Assembly: GCA_040954595.2 (NCBI GenBank)
Contig: CM082582.2
Coordinates: 310,001-374,000 of the forward strand
Reading direction: 5' to 3'
DNA: 64,000 bases
Source: Balanoglossus misakiensis
Lineage: Eukaryota; Animalia; Hemichordata
In this document: positions 60,171-64,000 of the stretch, one piece after another
How positions within the stretch are numbered: position 1 is the first letter of the stretch
How the letters are laid out: the number at the start of each line of letters is the position of its first letter
Position numbers and translations under genes: made by a program
The notes under the pieces: generated by a model
Database searches by the model: none
What the model was told of the DNA's origin: nothing
Seen by the model: the letters and a program-made list of their open reading frames with translations, nothing else

Positions 60171-63100
60171 TTCACGGTAGAGTGTCTGGGTGATGTGTTG
60201 TACCTTTCACACTCGGTAACAATTCAAAAACCAGGTCGGGGACAGCGTTTTCGATGAAATTTTGGAGAGCTGGTCTGTCACACGTGTAGCATGCTCGGCA
60301 GTTACGTAACGCCCCATCAACGTGATCAACGTGGTCAATGTACGCCTGTTTCTGCTCTAGAGTGCCGGGGCTTCAGCTGAGCCAGGCCGTGGGAAACCCG
60401 ACGTGATTACCGTTGTTAACTTACGCCAGTTTGTGTCCTATATATAGTGCCGGGGCATCAGCCGTGCCAGGCCGAAGGAAATGTGAGTAGATCAACGTGG
60501 TCTCTGTACGCGTGTTTCTGCTCTAGAGTGCCAGGGCTTTAGCCAAGCCATGCCGTAGGAAATCTGACTTGATCAACGTTGCTAACGAACGCTAATGTCT
60601 GTCATAGTGTGCCGGGGTTTTAGTCGAGCCAAGCCGTAGGAGATCAGACTTGATCAACGTGGTCTCTGTACGCGTGTTTCTGCTCTAGAGTGCCGGGGCT
60701 TTATCCAACCCATGCCGTAGAAAATCTGACTTGATCACCGTTGCTAACGTACGCTAGTGTCTGTCATATTGTGACGGAGATTTAGCCGAGCCAGGCCGTA
60801 GAAAAATCGACTTGTTCAACGTTACCAGTGTGCAACTGTTTCTGCTCTAGAGTGTCAGGGTTTTAGCCGACTTATGCTGTAGGAAATCTGAGTTGATGAA
60901 CGGGAATTCAATGTTAGAAAACCCGTGTGGAAAGTATCTCTACCCGTTTGAAACTAAGAAAAGAATTTATTCTTATTTATTTTGTAAAAAAGACAATTTT
61001 TCGAAAAAAAGTCGAAAAATTGCAATTTTGTCTTGGGTGATTCAAATTATACCGCCTTTTCTGGAATTTGCAGCACTTTTTACAAGAGAACGACACTTCA
61101 TGCTCCATAATATTTCCGAAAATGAAGAAAAGAGTTAATTTTTTATGATTTTTCAAAAATTTACCATTTTTGTCAAAATATGGCCAAAATGGCTATTTTT
61201 CTTGAATTCCGTCAATATCTCTGCATTTTTGGAGTGGTCGAGAGTTTTAACATACAATCAACATGTCATATATGATCAGGGCACCAAATTCGAAGAATAA
61301 AGTTTTTTTTATTTTTTTTTCTAAAAATGACATTTTCAAGGAAAATTTGGTAAAACGCAATTTTGTCTGCAGTGAGCCAAATTAGACGGTCTTTTGTGGA
61401 ATTTGTATCGATATATACATACGAAGGGCATTCTATACTCCATCAGATTTCCGAAAATGTAGAAAACAGGTATTTTTTGTAATTTTCAAAAATTTACCAT
61501 TTTGACCAAATTGTGGCTAAAATTGTTATTTTCGTGATGAATGCCGCCAGTGTCACTGCTTTTAAAAGCCATAAAAACTTTTAACACACAAGCAATTGTT
61601 TATATATGATCAGGTCACCGAATTAAAAATATAAAGAATGTTTTGCCTAAAAATGACCTTTTTGGTGCAAAAACGAATAAAACGCAATCTTTTATTAAAT
61701 CAGTTCATTCAGAGTGCATGTTTTATAATAAGCACCATTTTTACATATAATGGAAATTTCATACATCATCAGATATCCAAATATGAAAAAATGATTTAGA
61801 TTTTAGATGATTGTCCAAAATTAGCTGATATCTAATAAATGTAGTATTGAACCGTTCTGTCCCCCCCCCCCCCCTTACATTATATGCGGTACGCCGATGT
61901 CAGCTTACCCGGCAGTACTGTAGGCCGTGCCCCCAACAAACGTCGGTGTTTGAAACGCCCTGGTTAAATTCGGGCTCTCTCTATAAATTGACAGGCAATA
62001 ATGCAGTCCTACCCGAACAAATGTCGAGTGTTGACCCGCTGTGACTTTCCCTCTTCGGTTTGCCCGACTTAGCCAACGTCTTTGTACTAATGTGTCGGGT
62101 CTTTTGCAGAGCCAGGCCGAAGGAAATCCGACTTGATCACCGTTGCTAACGAACGCTAGTGTCTGTCATGGTGTGCCGGGGTTTTAGAAGAGCCAGGCCG
62201 TAGGAGATCTGACTTGATCATCGTGGTCAATGTACGCGTGTTTCCGCTCTAAAGTGCCGGGGCTTCAGCTAAACCATGCCGTAGGAAATCCGACGTAATC
62301 ACCGTTGATAACTTACGGCAGTCTGTGTCATATAGAGCCGGTGCACCAGCCGAATCACGCCGTAGGAAATCTGACTTGATCAACGTGGTCAATGTACGCC
62401 TGTTTCTGCTCTAGAGTGCCGGGGCTTCAGCTGAGCCAGGCCGTAGGAAACCCGACGTGATTACCGTTGTTAACTTACGCCAGTCTGTGTCCTATATATA
62501 GTGCCGGGGCATCAGCCGTGCCAGGCCGAAGGAAATGTGAGTAGATCAACGTGGTCTCTGTACGCGTGTTTCTGCTCTAGAGTGCCGGGGCTTTATCCAA
62601 GCCATGCCGTAGAAAATCTGACTTGATCACCGTTGCTAACGTACGATAGTGTCTGTCATAGTGTGCCGGGGTTTTAGTCGAGCCAAGCCGTAGGAGATCA
62701 GACTTCATCAACGTGGTCTCTGTACGCGTGTTTCTGCTCTAGAGTGCCGGGGCTTTATCCAAGCCATGCCGTAGAAAATCTGACTTGATCACCGTTGCTA
62801 ACGTACGCTAGTGTCTGTCATATTGTGACGGAGATTTAGCCGAGCCAGGCCGTAGAAAAATCGACTTGTTCAACGTTACCAGTGTGCAACTGTTTCTGCT
62901 CTAGAGTGTCAGGGTTTTAGCCGACTTATGCTGTAGGAAATCTGAGTTGATGAACGGGAATTCAATGTTAGAAAACCCGTGTGGAAAGTATCTCTACCCG
63001 TTTGGAACTATGAAAAGAATTTATTCTTATTTATTTTGTGAAACAAGACAATTTTTCGAAAAAAAGTCGAAAATGGTAATTTTGTCTTGGGTGATTCAAA

Positions 63101-64000
63101 TTATACCACATTTTCTGGAATTTGCAGCACTTTTTACAAGAGAACGACACTTCATGCGCCATAATATTTCCGAAAATGAAGAAAAGAGTTTATTTTTTAT
63201 GATTTTTTAAAAATGTACCATTTTGTCAAAATATGGCCAAAATGGCTATTTTTTCTTGAATTCCGTCAATATCTCTGCATTTTTGGAGTGGTCGAAAGTT
63301 TTAACATACAATCAACATGTCATATATGATCAGGGCACCAAATTCGAAGAACGAAGGTTGTTTTATTTTATTTTTCTAAAAATGACATTTTCAAGGAAAA
63401 TTTGGTAAAACGCAATTTTGTCTGCAGTGAGCCAAATTAGACGGTCTTTTGTGGAATTTGTATCGATATATATATACGAAGAGCATTCTATACTCCATCA
63501 GATTTCCGAAAATGTAGAAAACAGGTATTTTTTGTAATTTTCAAAAATTTACCATTTTGACCAAATTGTGGTTAAAATTGTTATTTTTGTGTTGAATGCC
63601 GCCAGTGTCACTGCTTTTAAAAGTCATAAAAACTTTTAACATGCAAGCAATTGCTTATATATGATCAGGCCACCGAATTAAAAAAATAAAGAATGTTTTG
63701 CCTAAAAATGACCTTTTTGGTGCAAAAACGAATAAAACGCAATTTTGTATTAAATCAGCCTCTTCAGAGTGCATTTTTTATAATCAGCACCATTTTTACA
63801 TATATTGGAAATTTCATACATCATCAGATATCCAAATATGAAAAAATGATTTAGATTTAAGATGATTGTCCAAAATTAGCTGATATCTAATAAATGTAGT
63901 ATTGAACCGTTCTGTCCCCCCCTACATTATATGCGGTACGCCGATGTCAGCTTACCCGGCAGTACTGCAGGCCGTGCCCCCAAATAACGTCGGTGTGTGA

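Larger units (their letters stand above)
55591..60315 (-). mobile_element. Apparently full-length RTE-X-like non-LTR retrotransposon
   Basis: Two open ORFs; 3' end AATAAAAGATTATTATA; 7-bp TSD TGATCAA (55584-55590, 60323-60329); the empty site is visible in a sister unit at 52323-52329. The C-terminal L.IEEGR...C..C....EDEYHF...CPLY suggests the RTE-X clade. Confidence 0.85.
33874..64000 (-). repeat. Same complex satellite in the reverse orientation (B), about 13 units, modal period ~2050 bp
   Basis: The reverse-complement linker with a poly-C tract occurs at ~33984, 36037, 37592, 39647, 41895, 44104, 46155, 48218, 49767, 51811, 55072, 61861 and 63916. The satellite-derived ORFs (MESISTRLK..., MNRSVPPP...) switch from - to + strand here. 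Confidence 0.97.

Noticed and set aside
60171-60315. HDV-like ribozyme in the LINE 5' UTR
   Set aside because: Only partial pairing (GGCGTT/AACGCT) is visible and I could not build the double pseudoknot by eye. A covariance-model search would be needed.

Overview
Eukaryotic, heterochromatin-like repeat DNA, probably from a marine invertebrate (inferred from the TE families). I see no host protein-coding or RNA genes. The backbone is a complex satellite of about 2.05 kb per unit: a GC/CpG-rich block of diverged 81-bp monomers (alternating A/B types, locally amplified as a 490-bp six-monomer higher-order repeat), a ~200-bp linker ending in a poly-G tract, and an AT-rich block of about three diverged ~334-bp subrepeats. 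The array flips orientation at ~33,875. It is invaded by a 5'-truncated, decayed CR1-group LINE carrying a nested ISL2EU-like THAP element, a non-autonomous CACTA/EnSpm element, a Helentron-type HINE carrying a nested Academ-like element, a BEL/Pao LTR retrotransposon lacking its 3' LTR, a 190-bp L2 3' end duplicated with the array, and an apparently full-length RTE-X-like LINE. That last LINE is the most interesting feature: ORF1 carries a 2A-like StopGo motif (GDIERNPG/P), and ORF1 is joined in frame to an AUG-less ORF2 through a single UAG, which suggests two recoding events on one mRNA. Most short ORFs in the supplied track are by-products of the satellite. All coordinates and family calls were read by eye without database searches.
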